A model generated the notes under the pieces. It worked only from the letters and a program-made list of their open reading frames with translations. It was not told the origin of the DNA and did no database searches. A stretch of 64,000 nucleotides of DNA, taken from NCBI GenBank assembly GCA_036172245.1, contig JAYWIR010000009.1:4092001-4156000 (forward strand), given 5' to 3'. Below are positions 11,991 through 25,200 of this stretch, piece after piece (the first letter of the stretch is position 1; every line of letters begins with the position of its first letter). The DNA comes from Raillietiella orientalis (lineage: Eukaryota). The position numbers were made by a program, and so were the translations under genes.

Positions 11991-14900
11991 CAACGGGTGC
12001 GCGCGCGGCTTTCCCGGCCGAGGGACAGGATCACGAGCAGCCGCGAAAAAGAGCGTCTCGCCTGGAGGAACCTCCGCCGCCGTCCCTCAGGGCATCTAGG
12101 TAGATTCTTTTCCCTACCCCTCCCCTTCGCCGCCGGCGTCATCCGGTGGGAGCGTGGGCCTCACGGGAGGCTAGGCTGCGCGTCCCCGCGCCTCCCGTGC
12201 GGCGGAGGACGATACAGAGGAAGGGACTGCGGGAAGAACCGACAATAGAAGGGCTCCTCCAGGAGGAGGGACGATCACAGTTTGCGCGCCCGGAAGTGTT
12301 GAAATCCTTCGCGTTCCGGAGTTGAGCCGCACCTGCCGGCCGGAGGAGTCTGCGCGCGCTGAGCGGGCAGAAGGGGAAGACACAACCGGCCGCGCACGTG
12401 ACCCGCAGGCAGATGCTGCTCTGCAGCCGCGACCGGGTCTACTCCACGCCGGAGGGCTTCTCGCTCACTGCGACGTGTGGAAGGAACGATCCCGAGGAAC
12501 CTCCTCCTCGTCTCCCAACAGGGAAGAAAGAGAAGCCAGTAGAAGAAAGGAGAGAGAAGGAAGGAAGGAGGAGGGAGGAGGAAGGGAAGAGATGAGGGCG
12601 CGTTACTATGAGGCTTTGGCGTTACTCCGGAGCAGGGACTCCTTTGGTCAAAATGGACCCTTCCCTCTGCGCTGCAACCCAAGTCGAACTCCCCTCCTCT
12701 CCTCCCTTTGCATCCCACACGGTCACTTCCTCCTCCTCCTTCGCGTTTCCGAGATCGGTCTTCTGTCTCCTACAGGAGAATTCCGTGCATCCGGGTCGCC
12801 TCCACTCCCCTTTCCCCAGGCTGCTACCTGGTCATCCGGAACTTTGATCTCCCCCAGGGCTTGGTTTGCACGGTCCCTCGGGGCGGCAACCCCGCGCGGA
12901 CGATTCCGAGGCGATCCTGCTCTCCTCCTTCCTCCCGTTACCCCCTCGCAGTCAGCCTTCCGTGAAGCTCCACTCCCCCTCCTCCTCCTCTTGACCCGCT
13001 GTGGCTCCCCCTATAAGCGCGCGCGGCCACGCGTAACCGCCGGCCACGGGAGAGCTTCCTCGGCTGCTGTTCCTTGCGATCTCGTCCCTCTCCTCCCCTT
13101 CCTCTGCCTCCAAGGCGCTCCCTCCACTGAGGGTGGACGGGCCGGGACGACCCCGGTCCCTCCCTCCCCTCACACGACCTGTCCGCAGCTATCCCCTATT
13201 CCCGCATTCCGTCGGCAACGCTAATTGCTCCCCACTGAGCTCGGAAAACACCGACAAGTGGAGAAAAAGGGAAACTTCCGGAAGTACCCTCACCCTTCCC
13301 AACACCTTCTTGCTCCCTTCTCCTCTGTTCCTGGAAGCGGTGCCGCACTGGTTAGCTCTCCATGACTCCGCGGCATCTATGGATCCCCTCCGTGAACGTT
13401 CGCACCGCGGCCCCGTCAGAAATGTGGAGGTGGGGAAGGGGAGGAGCAGGAGAACCCCCCCCCCCCCCTTTTTTTTTTCTTTTTCTTTTCAGCTCGAGAC
13501 TTGGCCGTTCTCCCGAAGGACGGCAGCGCTCCTCGAACGGGCGCCTTTGCGCGTGCGCGCCCTCCAGGAGGAGCCAGAGAAGGACGCCGCGGAAAACAAG
13601 ATGGAGGTGGGCGGGACGATCCTCGCGCGCGCCCCCAGAAAAATGCGGGGCGCTGGAGGAGGCTGGCAGGGAAGGGCGTCGTCCTTCCCGCCCTCCCGCC
13701 TCAGCACCGCAGCTGGCCCTCCCGCGTCTTGGAGGAAACACCGCTCCTTCCTCCTTCCCCCTTTTTTTTTCTCTCTCCCTCTCTCCGGATCCCGGTCTCG
13801 GGACTGGGACGCCCTATCACGCGCAGCCGGCGCTCATGCGACCCGACGGGACGTCCCGCTCCCATTATCCTCCCTTCCTGCGTGGCCTCGGGGTAACCAA
13901 TCGCGCCCGCCGACGCCGACGCGCTCCGACAGGACCCGTGCTGCTGCCGCAGTTCCGGATTCCCGCGCCGAACAGGAGGGCGGGAGGAATTTGTGTGTGA
14001 GCGAGAGGGAAGCGTCAAGAGAAGGGGAAGGGGGGGGAAGCGAACACGGGAACGAAAAAGAAAGGAAGCCCTTCCGCCGCCGCTCTTCGCGCCGGAAGAA
14101 TTCCGTTGGCGTTACCCTCACGTTGCCCCTGGGAAGGTTAGCGACCGCCCCGCAGTCGGGGGGGGACTCGAGCCACGGGAGCCGCGCAACATCCCCCCTC
14201 CCGCTTCCCGCTCCCACCTGTGGGTACGCGGAAATCAGATCGGGTGCTCTCGGGAAAGAAAGGAAGAGAAAAAACGGCGGAAGGAGGGAGTGTCGGGCGG
14301 ATCCCGCGCGAAGGGAAGGAGAGTTCGCCACGCTTGTGGTACCGCCGTAGAGCCACGCCGTTCCCACATCGGCCAAAGGGTCTTTCCTTCCCTTCCCCTC
14401 TTTCCTCTGTCTTCGAACGAAGAAACTACGTCCTATAGGAGAGAATGGAGCGGGGAGAAAAGAAGAAAGGAAGGACTGACGTCGCCTGGCGCCACCCAAC
14501 AGGAGTATATCATCTAAAAGGGTGTTGCTGACCAGATCCGGCATCCCAGGGAAGACAAGGGTACCAGCGGATCTGAACCAATTCCCGCCAAGTTTCCGGA
14601 ATCCAGAAGGGGCGGCTACAGGCGCGCGTCCCTTTTGAACTTCTTCCTCCTCCTCTTCTACCATGGCCTCTCTGGCAAGAAAGATTTAGATGGGAGGCGC
14701 AAGGAAAGGACGAACAGCATCCAGCTTCAGCAAATCGAACCGGGAAAGAAAATTTCCGTCCAGAAGGAAAGGTTCCGACAAGCCAGCTGACTCACCCGGG
14801 CCAGAAAGAACCGGCCGGGACCGCAGACAGGTTTCTTGAGTCTGGACCTGCGAGCCCAGCTCAGCCGATTCCGATTCCAGAATGCTGATCGAAGGAGAAG

Positions 14901-17900
14901 GGGAGGGAAAGCAGGAAGACGGCCCTCTTCCGTTCCTCAGTGCGCGTCCTCCATCTTGAAAATTTGCCAGCAGGGAGTGACGAGAGACAGCATCAGTGGA
15001 TGTACGCCCGTTCCATCCTTCTTCTACTATGACCTTCTTCCTCCTCTTCAGTCTTTTTGCTCCTGTTCCTGTTCTGGAACTCACGGCCTTTTTCCTCTTC
15101 TTCGACCCAGTTAGTCCTCTTTCTCCTTTTTCTCCTTTTCGGTCCATTTTCTCCTCTTCCTCTCCTTGCATTCACGGTCTTTTTCCTCTTCATCCTCTTC
15201 TTCTGTGCCCTCCTTCCTTCCTCCTCGAAGATGCGACAGGTGAGGATACAACGGCTCTCTTTCGACTTGGAGGTGCTCGATGGGTCGGCAGCAGCAGGAG
15301 TCGCCCCGGACACAGTCATCGGAGGCCCGTCTGCTGCCCTCTCACCCCCCTCTCCCCTGCCAGCCGTTCACAGCTGCTTCCCACGTTCGGATTCGCGGAA
15401 GGCGAGCGCAAGGCGAGCCCCAAGGGGGGAGTCGCAATCTGGCGAGGGGAGGTGCAAATCGGTGACACGCGCTCTGGAAGTTCAAGGACAGCAGGGATGA
15501 ACCCTTCGAAAAGGGGGGAAGGGAGCTCCTGAGAGTGGGGCTGTTGGGATCTGCAGTTTTGGTGCATCTCGCAGCCTCGTGGAAGCGGTCGAGGGAAGCT
15601 GCCGCGAGGAACGGGGCGGAACGGGGCGGCGCCGCGAGCGGCATCGCATTCGGGGACGGAAAGGGGGGAGGAGTAGGACGGGGAGAAGGCGAGGCGGCTC
15701 ACGACCAACCGCGTCAGACTCCTCGAGGAGAAGGAGAGGACGGAAGAGGTCACGGTCACCTCGTCCGACCAGGCCAAGCCTTGGAGCGGAGAAACCTCGG
15801 CGAGGGAACCCTGCAGCCGGGCTCTCGTCCTATCCGGGATCGCCGCCGCCACGGGGGCAGTTCCCCGAATAGCGGGAGAGGCATCTGGGAGTGCCTCGGC
15901 TGCTAGGGAGTGGCAACGGGGCGGGTAGGGAGGGAGCAGGTCGAACGTCGAGGTCGAGGGGGGAAGACACGTCCAAGCAGCGCAGCTCAAAAAGCGTTCA
16001 ACATTCCCGGATCGAAAGAGGATGCCCGAGCCTTCGCTCCCATCCCGTTTCCAGCGCAACGGACCTCAGGACCGAATGCTTTCCTGGCGGCTACTCATGG
16101 AGAACGCCCACGCAACTCCCTCCCAGAAGCTTCGAGGTGTGCCGGGAGACTCAGCATGCGCTTCACACCCAGCTGTGGTGCCCTGGGGCCGTCGCGTATA
16201 TTCGCGTCTCCCCGTGCGCTCCCCACCGCGACGTGTGCCAGGAGCCTCGTACCGCGCCACGGGGCTTTGGGGCCGCGTCACCTGTGCTCGCGCTTCCACG
16301 TGCGCTCCGCACCGCCACGTGGTGAATCAACGTGTGCCTTGCCGGCGCTCCAGCGTACCGCTGTCTCTCTTCCCCGCGGGGCGCGCCCTCTGTAGCACAG
16401 AGCGAGAAATTCGACGACAGCTGACGGAGGACCTGGATGGCAGGCAGCGGCGCCGCCGGCGAGCGAGCTCAGAGCGCATCTAGCGGACCGCGCGGTGACG
16501 CAACGGGCGATAACGAGATCTGTTTGCCTCTTATCTCGAGTGGAAGCCAATCCGCGCTAACTTTCATGCTTCAGGTCCCGTGTGACGAGATTGCGCACCG
16601 GGCGCGCGCGGGCGCCCTCTGGGAGCTCGGCGGAAGCGTGCCGGGTCTCTGGGGCGCTTTGGACAGTTCCGTCACGCAGGAAGCCTGGGAGAGAGGGAGG
16701 CCTTGGTGCCACCCGGCCGGCTGGGAGACGGCGCCTGGAGCACCCCACCGCGAGGTGAATGCGCAAGCGCTCCCCTCTCCCCCCCCCCCCTACCCTGCGT
16801 CAAGGAGCTCGCGGTTGATTCACTCCAGCAGCGGCGACGGCGGTGGCCGGTAGGGTCCGTCCCTATCCCCGGGGGAGTCCGGACCCCGTTCGGCCCCCTT
16901 GTAAATCCGGCGCTTCCCCTGCCTCGAAGGCGCAGCTGCTGACAGCGCGCAGTCGTTCCCGAGAGCCGCCGATTGTGCGGCCGCCGCTCCTGGCTGGCGC
17001 GGTGAAAAGCGGCATAAAGATCAGTCGGACGGATGGAATTCATAAATCCGCTCCCATGGAAACGGAGCGCTCGGTATCAAAGGATTCGAGCAGAGCGCGG
17101 GGCTGCGGGACATAAATCCGAATCGGGAAGGGCCGAAGAATCGACGCTCGTTGCCAGGGGAAACCGCCGAGGTGGGACCTTAAATCAGACTCCGGGCACC
17201 GGACGCTGCCGCTCCGGCAGCTTCCGGCGATCTCCTGGGACGCCGTCGCAAAGACGGAAACGGATCCGCGGCTTCCTCCACCCGGCGGAAGGGAGCCTTC
17301 CTGGACTGGGGGGGAGGAAGAGGGGAGGAGAAGGAGAGTCCATCGAGTGGGCGCTGCGCTCCTCCTCCTCCGCAGCCGTCCGCCGGGGGAAGGGCTCTGC
17401 AGCCTGCTCTCCCGTTGCTCCTCCGTCCGTCCCCACTCCCTACCCCACCTCCGCTCCTCCCTCCGACAGGGGCCTCGGAACGGCAGGCCGCCGGAGCGCC
17501 GTTCCTGGCCGCGGCGGCGATCCCTAGCGCGTGCCCGGCCCGGCTCGCACCATCCGGATTTTCGGAAGCTGCGTCCGCACTGATGGTCCCGCTATCAGAT
17601 GATCAGAGAGGATTTGCGCGCTCCTCAACTTTATGGTCCACAATTAGCGGTGGCTGCCCCGAGACCTGACGGCCGCTCCCTCGCCGGAAGAGGAGGAAGG
17701 GAGGGACGGGAAGGCGGGAGGAGGAGTTTCGTCGGCACGCGTTCCCTGCGGAGGGCACCTTCCGCACGACGGACGGCGTCCTGCAGCAGAGCAGCCAGAG
17801 CGCGCATGCTCCGACCCCTCAGCGAGGAGGTCCGCCTCAGGGCACTAAGGGGGTGGAAGGGGCTATCCGCGCCCCGACTCCGCCAGCAGCCACGCAAAGT

Positions 17901-17929
17901 CGCCGCCTGCCGGAATGTCCAGGCCGACA

Positions 17930-18800
17930 CGCGGGATGCGGGAGGGAGGAGCCGACGATCCCCGTCCGAAGCTCCCTGCTCTACCTCTTCCCGAGGGTAG
18001 AGGATCCCAGCGGGAACTAGGCGAGCGCCGTGGGGAGGCGCCGCGCCTACTCCTTCCTTGCCCGGGAGTTCCGGACGGGAGCCGCCCCTTTCTCCAAGGC
18101 GACGCCTTCGCCACCGACCTCCGAGGGTCCGCGCGGTCAGCGGGCGCGGAAGCTGACGGACGGCGTGCGTCATCGGCTGCGGGGAGGAGACGTCGGGAAA
18201 TCCCGACTTCACTCCGTCCTCTGCGCGCAGTTCCCGCAAACGCCTCTCCGCGGCGCCAGCGCGCGCGCGCGTCTTCCCCATGCCGGGAACGCCTGTGTGA
18301 TAAGGAACTCTTTCCTGGACGCTACTCGAGTTCTCTCGGGTAGAGAGCGTCATCCCTGGGAAAGCTCCTCCCTTCCGGGACGCCCCTGAGCAGGTGGGGG
18401 AGCGAGGCAGCCGCCCGCTGTCTCGACCGCGCCTCTCCTCCGCCGCCCCCGGGGAAACGAGTCGCGTCCCCCTCTGCTTTTCAGCTGCTCCCGTGCGGGC
18501 CGTTTCCTGAGGGTTCCCTCCCGCCTGCACCAGCCGCAGGAAGAAGTCTCTCGTCGTGCAGCGTCCTCTCAGCATCCCAGTTGCCAGAAGCAGAACCTGA
18601 CGCGCCCCGCGACCGGATGGGCGGCCGAGGGACTCCTCCTCGTGTCGGTTTGATTCCCGTCTAGCATCCCCTTGGACTTCTCCTCCACGCCTTCTTCCCC
18701 TTTTTCCTGAAGTCGCGATGGACGCAGAGGGGAACTGCGGTTTGCAGCGGTGGCCGGGATGGGATGGAGAAGGCTGGACTTTTCCCAGTCCCCTCCGCGG
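17930..18800 (-). mobile_element. Highly decayed LINE reverse-transcriptase relic (RTE-like)
   Basis: Within ORF 17631..19031(-), remnants appear in RT order: HRCKPQFPSASIATSGK, ATGMLRGRCTTRDFFLRL (cf. QxGFRxGRST), GAFPG...HTGVP, DGVKSGFPDV...AVRQ, GILYPREE (cf. LLYADD). Catalytic residues are lost. Confidence 0.4.
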
Positions 18801-19589
18801 CAGGCGCGCGGAAGCCTCCCTGACTCCCGAGTCCCCCGAGGGAGCCGGTCTCCTCCCCAATTCCTCCGTCTTCATCGTCCTCCGACTCTTTCGTCTCCGC
18901 CGCAGTCGTTCCCGGGAGCTCCCACCTCCGGAGCGCAAGACGTTCTGTGGGAAGGCGGGAGGCAGCGTCTTCGAGGAAGAGGAGGAGGAGCAGGGCAAAG
19001 GCAAAAGGTTTCGCTCCCGCGGCTTCTCCACGGCGACGCGGCTGAACCTCTTCCCAGGAGTCCGGCGCTAAGTCCGTCTCGGTCCCACAGCACGCGACAG
19101 GAGCTCCGGGTAAAACGCGTGCGCGCGTGCGCACCAGAGGTACCTGCAATCCGAGCTTCCTCCCCTCCGCCGCCGCCGCCGCGCGTGGCTTTCCCGATAG
19201 GCATCTTCCCAAGGTGCCTCCGCTCGCCGTTCCCTCCCCTCCGTTCCCTCCTCCTCCTCCTCTTCTTCCCTCTCCGCCGCTCCCTCCCCAAGGAGGAGCG
19301 ACTCGAGCGCGTGCGCGCGCTTTGCGTGCAGCCTCGGTCCTTCCCGAGAGCCCCGCATGCGCTGCGGTCCATTGTGATGCAGATGGTTCGGTCTTTTATC
19401 GCACGAAGACATCGGCACGGATACGTCGCTGGCGAAGATTAGCGGAGAGAAACGGCAGCAGATAAAAGCGGATGGGAGGGCGAGGAGGAGGAGGAAGGGA
19501 GAGGGAGGGCGTGTGGGGAAAACCGCGCGCGTGCACCCCTCCTTCGTTGGCGGGAGAGCGGCGGAGCTCGCAATCGGCCGACGGACGGG

Positions 19590-19990
19590 AAGCTGCAGAT
19601 GAAGGCGTCATCTCCATACAGGCGCTGCCCCCGGATGCAGAGAAGAGCGAGACGGGAAAAGGAGGAGATGAGGGACTACTGGAGACCGCGGAGGAGCACG
19701 GACCTTCCCTCGAGGGACGATCCTTCTTTCCCTCAGCCCGGAGAGTGCTGGAGGGAGGAGGAAGGGAGGTGACCAGGCGTGTCCGGTCGCCTCCTCTCCA
19801 TCACTCCCCGGAAGGTCAAGTCGATGCGTACCTTCCCGAGCATCCTGGAGTGACGCGCCAGCTCTCACAACTTGGCTTCTTCCTTGGCCGGGAAGGAGAG
19901 AAGAGAGGAGGGAGAAGAGGGACCGCCCGTAGTGGAGGGTCCCTGAAGGTACACGGAGGTGCCTGGAAGGAACGGGGGAGGAATCATAGG
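19590..19990 (+). mobile_element. Decayed LINE RT N-terminal relic
   Basis: EGVISIQALPPDAEKSETG..GLLE, SLEGRSFFPS, VRSPPL, AYLPEH..QLGFFLGR resemble RT domain 0-2a motifs (EVxxxIxxL, GxFP, YRPISL, QxGFRxGR) in the correct order. Confidence 0.3.
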
Positions 19991-22038
19991 CGCGCGCTCC
20001 CACCGCCCCAACGTGAGGACACTCCAAGTGGATCGCATTTGCCGAAGGAATCTCCGAGAATCTAGGAGGAGGAGAGGAGGAAGAGGAGGAGGAGGGAGGG
20101 AGGAGGAAGACAGCGGTACGCGAAGACCGCTACCTCCCTTCCCTCTACTTACGCGAACACGCCGCCCGGGATCGGGCCCGGAGAATTCCGGAGTGGTTGA
20201 ATGAGGGAGCGACCGAAGGGGTCCAGTTTCGGGGAGGCAGGGCTGGTCCCCTCCCTAACTCAAGCAACTCCCTATCCCGACTGATGACGCCGCGTGGTAG
20301 CGACTGCAGGGAAGCGGACCGGCTGGAGTCCCCCCACCGAGGTGGGAAGGAGTGGTGGCGCAGGTCTGCTGGCGGCGCGGATTCCGCCTTTGCCGATTCA
20401 CGGCCGAAGACGCTGAACCTCCACGCTGCCAACGGCTGCTGGAGACCCCCCTCTTCCCGGGAGATCCTCCTCCTATTTCACACTCATTCCATCGCGAGCG
20501 CGCTTCCCAGCGCAAGGTCGTGGGGAAGAAGGAAAGTGTGAACGGAGGTAGGTGGGACACGTCTGGTGAAGAGCAAGGGGGCAGGGGGCCCTTGCTCTTT
20601 ACCAGACGTGCCCTCCTTATCCCATCCACTTCTTGTCCCTCTCCCCTTCACAGTCGATTCTGGTCCGTCTCCAGGGAAACCGGTTGTGGAGCGGTCTTCC
20701 TTCCTCTCCAAAAGCGTGAACCTTTCCCTCTTTCCCCTCATCCTTGCCCCATACTCTCCGTCTTTCCCCTTCCTGCATTCGGAACAACGAAAGCATTCCG
20801 CTCCTTGGCAACCTCTCAGACTCTGCTCCTCCCTGTTGACGGGGTAGGGGTAGGGACGGAGGAAAAAAAGTTAGCAGGGGAAGCGGCAGCCGCCACTCGC
20901 CACACCCGGGAGCCCCTTTTGCACGATCCGGCGCGGCGGGCGATGCAGTGTTCCGGACGGAAGGGCTCCGCGGAGGGGCGGCGGCGATTTTCTGAACGAA
21001 GAGGAGAAGGGGACAGGGGACGAAGCCCTTCGGCGGAGGGGGGGAAGCGCGACTTGCGCGCGCGACGAGCGGGTCGTCCTTGACACGGAAATTGGGCCGA
21101 TCCGTCCAGCATCACCCGCGAGCGGGGCGTCCCCTCGCCCCCCCTCCGCTACCTCTAGGCGGGATGAATGAAGTTACATCATCCCCGCGGAGACGCGGGG
21201 GAGGCTAATCGAATCCCATTCAGGAGGAAGGGAGGATGGGGGGAAGAAGGAGGGGGAGGGGGTGCCGAGGACCTCCCCCCGGCTCCCTTGCCGCGCTCCC
21301 CTCTGCATTGTCTACCGGTGGGGCGGGCAATAATTGGTCTCGCCGCAGGACGGGAGGACTCCCCACCGACCCATAAGTCACCCCCTTCGGCGGCCAGGTG
21401 TCCGGTGATGTGACGCAGCCATTCCATCAAGGGCAGCGGGGGATCGGACCAGGTCGCATGGGAATCACGCGGTGGCCTCGCAACGCGCGTGCGCGCGCGC
21501 CACCGTTGCCACCCCCGCCGACTTCTCTGCAGCCGTCCCCGAGCTAAAAAAATCTCAAAAAAAAAAGGAGGGGAGGAAACAAAACAAAAAGAAAGGGGAA
21601 CACGCCTGGCGATGTGAATGAAGGAAAGAGGTCATCATGTGTCCGATGAGAAGCGAAAGGAAGGGTTGGCTGGAACTGGTCGGCTTTGAGTCTCCCCCTC
21701 TCCGTCGTTGCATCCCCTTTCTATCCTCCCATGAGGCGACGACATCTCCTTGTCCCACTGCTCCTCTTCTTATTCCATCCTCCTCCTTCTCCTCATCCTT
21801 TTCGCCTCTTCTCTTCATCTTCCTACCTTCCTCCACCTTCGCCTCCTTCCTTCCTTTCTTCTCTTCTCCTCCTTCTTTCCTTCCTTCTCAATTCCTCCTC
21901 TTCCTCTTCTTCCCTTTCTCTCCTCCCTCTCTTCGTCATCTTCTTCCTCCTCCTTTTCCCCCTCTTCTCTTCATCTTCCTCCCTTCCTATACCTTCTCCT
22001 CGTCCCTTGTCTCCCTCCCTCCTCCCTTCTTCCTCAAT

Positions 22039-22240
22039 TCCTCCTCTTCTTCCTCCTCTTCTTCCTCCTCTTCTTCCTCCTCTTCTTCCTCCTCTTCTTC
22101 CTCCTCTTCTTCCTCCTCTTCTTCCTCCTCTTATTCCTCCTCTTCTTCCTCCTCTTCTTCCTCCTCTTCTTCCTCCTCTTCTTCCTCCTCTTCTTCCTCC
22201 TCTTCTTCCTCCTCTTCTTCCTCCTCTTCTTCCTCCTCTT
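22039..22240. repeat. Tandem repeat (TCCTCCTCTTCT)n, ~17 copies, inside a ~500-bp polypyrimidine tract (21770-22270)
   Basis: Directly visible 12-mer periodicity with one TAT variant near 22132. Confidence 0.9.
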
Positions 22241-25200
22241 CAGAGGAGGAAGAAGGCCACTCTTCCTCTTCCCGGCAGCCTCCTCATTCCTGGCTGACCT
22301 CGAGAGGGTGGAGCAGCGCGGCGCGCGGCGCTGTCCCCATCTGCGTGGGTCCTTCTGGAAGCATCCCGTGAAAAAGCCGGATTCTACACCCCTTCCTTTC
22401 TCCGCCTCTTACGCTTCCCAGACGAGAAGCCGTTGTGAAGACTCTAGGCGGGAGGAATTTCGGTTTCCCGGTGCCGTTCCGGAGACAATGCTGGCGTTCA
22501 GGTCCTTTACTTCCTCCCCCTCCTTGGGAGAGTAGAAACTGCGGGAGTACGCGAGTCTCGCGAAGGACGAAGGAAGGGGGGAGCGGGAAGGCAACATACT
22601 CCCTCGGCCATGATGCCCCTTTGCAGAGTATGGTAGCAATGTGCCTGGATGAAGTAGGGTGGTGGACGACAAGGGCGCTTGCAGCGACCAGAGGGCTCTT
22701 CACCTGCCTGCTCTCCGGGCTGCGGCAGGATCGCGATCGTCAGACTGACTCCGTCCTTCCCTGCTTTTCTCTTAATGGGGAGAGGCAGGAAGAGGGGAAG
22801 GTGGGGGTGTGCTGGAGGGTCCTCTTGCCCGTGCTTTCCGACTCTCTTCCGGGAAAGACCAGAACGTTACCCCTCCTGCCGTGAGATAGGAGAAGCCTCC
22901 TTCGAGATCTAGACCGCACAGAAGAAGGAGAGAGGCTGCAGCAGCTCTTCCGGCGCCGGGGGCATCCCCTCTTCACCTCTCTCCCTGCTCTTCGCAAGCG
23001 TGTCGAAGGCGGCGCTCCGTTCCCGCTACCGGGCCGCTGATACCTCCAGGTTGGCCAGCTCGGGTGGCCAGGTAGCCCCGCCGTGACTACGAGCCGTGAA
23101 GTCGCCGCCGCCGCCGGCTCCCCCTGTCACAAGGGGCGTGTCGTCGCGCCGCCAGAGCCTGACCTTTCGAATGGGGGGATTAGTGAGGATCCCACGGCTG
23201 CGCCAGCAGCTGGCGCTTCCCTCGATCCCTTTCCCGTGTCCAGAGGCGCCTCCTCTCTCCCTCCCTCCCTCCCTCCGGCGGCGTCTACTGCCCCTCGCCT
23301 CCTTCCTTCGTCCTCCGTCCCTCACCCCCTCCCTGCCTTCCTGCCGTCTTCTCCTACAGCCGTCAATCGCCCGCCCACGACCTACCCCAGCTGACGGCTG
23401 TCTTTGCCCCCCGGGCGCTCGTCCTCTCGGAAATTCCCAGCCACCCGTCAAGTGAAGCAGGGAGCAGGGGAGGAACAAGGGGAGGAAGGGAGCAGCTTCA
23501 CTTCCTTGGTGGTCCTTTCACGGAGGAGGCTGCTGCTGCCGTCGCGACCTCGCTTCTTCACTTCTTCTACTGCTTCCGTCATCTTGGAAACTGAAGATAG
23601 GAGACAAGCAGAGGGCGGTCCGGGAGTCTCTTCCGCGTCTTCTAACCCATCCTGGGCGGTTTCACCTCCATCTCCTCCCACGAGCGAGCTCACATTCTTC
23701 CCTTTCCCCTACCGTTCCCCTCTTCCCCTTCCTCGACTTCCCAGGGGGACGCGTGCATCGTCGTTCTTGCCTGGAGGCGCGTCCGGCGGTGCCCTGCGTC
23801 GCAGGAGGACGTCCTGGAGTTCGGGTCCCGCCGCGCGCGCGACCCGACCATGGGGAAGACAAACGAACTGTCTCGTCCGCGCGGTGTCCCTGGGAGACGA
23901 GAGATAGGCATCGGCTGGCGGGACGCCCTCATCGGGGGCCGCAGCCTGCCAACTGCAGCAGATGGCCGCTCCCGCCGCCCTTCCTTCTCTATCCCTTTCC
24001 CCTCCCGCCCTCGCCTCCCGCGCGCGGGGGGAAGCCGCGTGCGGACAACGGTCCGCGGTGGTTCCCGGGACTTCGAGGAGTTCCGAGTGAAGCGACGTCC
24101 TCCCGCTTCGTTCTCCCTCCCCCGCTCATCTCTCTCCTCTTCCCCCTCCGTCCCTCCCACAGCCATGCCATGCGGCCCTCGGTCACAAAGAAGGGGTTGG
24201 AACACTGGAGAGTCCAATGGTGAGTATCGTGGCACAATAAGAGAGATGCATCGGGAGCGGATCAGAGGAGTTTCCCGATTTCTTCCTTCCCTCCCCTTTC
24301 CTCCTCCCCGTCTTGCTCTGCCGTAGTTCGTCTGCTCTGCCTTGTTCTCCTCGACCGCCACCGCCGAACAGTAGGGAAGCGCCCTTGTCGTGGAGGCGGC
24401 CAGGAAGGGACCTGCCAGGAAGGGACCTTCGCTCCTTCCCAGGGAGAATAGCCCTGAGGGATTTGGACCGAGGGAAAAGGAGAAGGAGGAAGAGTGGAGG
24501 AGTAATGAAGGGCGAAAAAGAGTGGACGAAGAATGGAGGAGGAGTGGAGGATGAGAAGGAAGAATCGAGGAGTAATAGACGTTGACGAAGAAGACTGGAG
24601 GACGTGCACGAGAAGGAAGAGTAAAGGAGTAAAGGAAAACAAGGAAAAGAAAGATTGCGTGGCTGCAGCCTCTATTCCTCTTCCGCATCTTCCTCAGCCA
24701 TGCAGTGCCTCAGAGAGGACGTTGGTATCGGGCGGATGGTTACGCGCCTTTGCAAAGAAGCCCTGCGCTCTCGCTGCGCCTGCATGCGGCTCGGCCGAGG
24801 GGTCGGACGGTGGCCCCGTGCTCCTGCGGTTGCGACGACGGCGGCAAACCCCGCGCCGGACTCCCGCGCTTTCCCGGCAAGCCGCACAGACCATCCGCGA
24901 GAGGAGCGCGTCCACCGCAGAGAGCGCGGAGACTGCATCCGCGGAACATAGGGCTGCTCCCGACGCTTCTGGGGCGCTGACGACTGCGACGGCTTTCCCC
25001 CTCTTCCTTTCCCCCTGCCACTCCTCTTGCTGGTTCCGCTCCTTCCTGGGAACGAGCCCTGCGTTCGTTCGGGCAGTCGGGACTCTGGCTCATGGACGGC
25101 TTCTTTTCGCTCCTGCCCATCGTCGTCCTACCCTTCCTTCCTCCTTGCTTCCCGCCCCGACGCAGACCTATCGGGGCGTCTCCCTCCGTCTGTGCGTGCC

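Noticed and set aside
14500..15170. Possible retroviral-type protease relic (EPFLLDGNFLSRFDLL), minus strand
   Set aside because: No DTG/DSG catalytic motif or supporting neighbouring domains.
21637..22535. Poly-Ser, (PPLL)n and (FFLL)n ORFs
   Set aside because: Translations of the 12-mer tandem repeat.
24680..25100. Further faint LINE-like peptide remnants (also near 3270 and 22450-22660)
   Set aside because: Only one or two weak motifs each; too ambiguous to call without a profile search.
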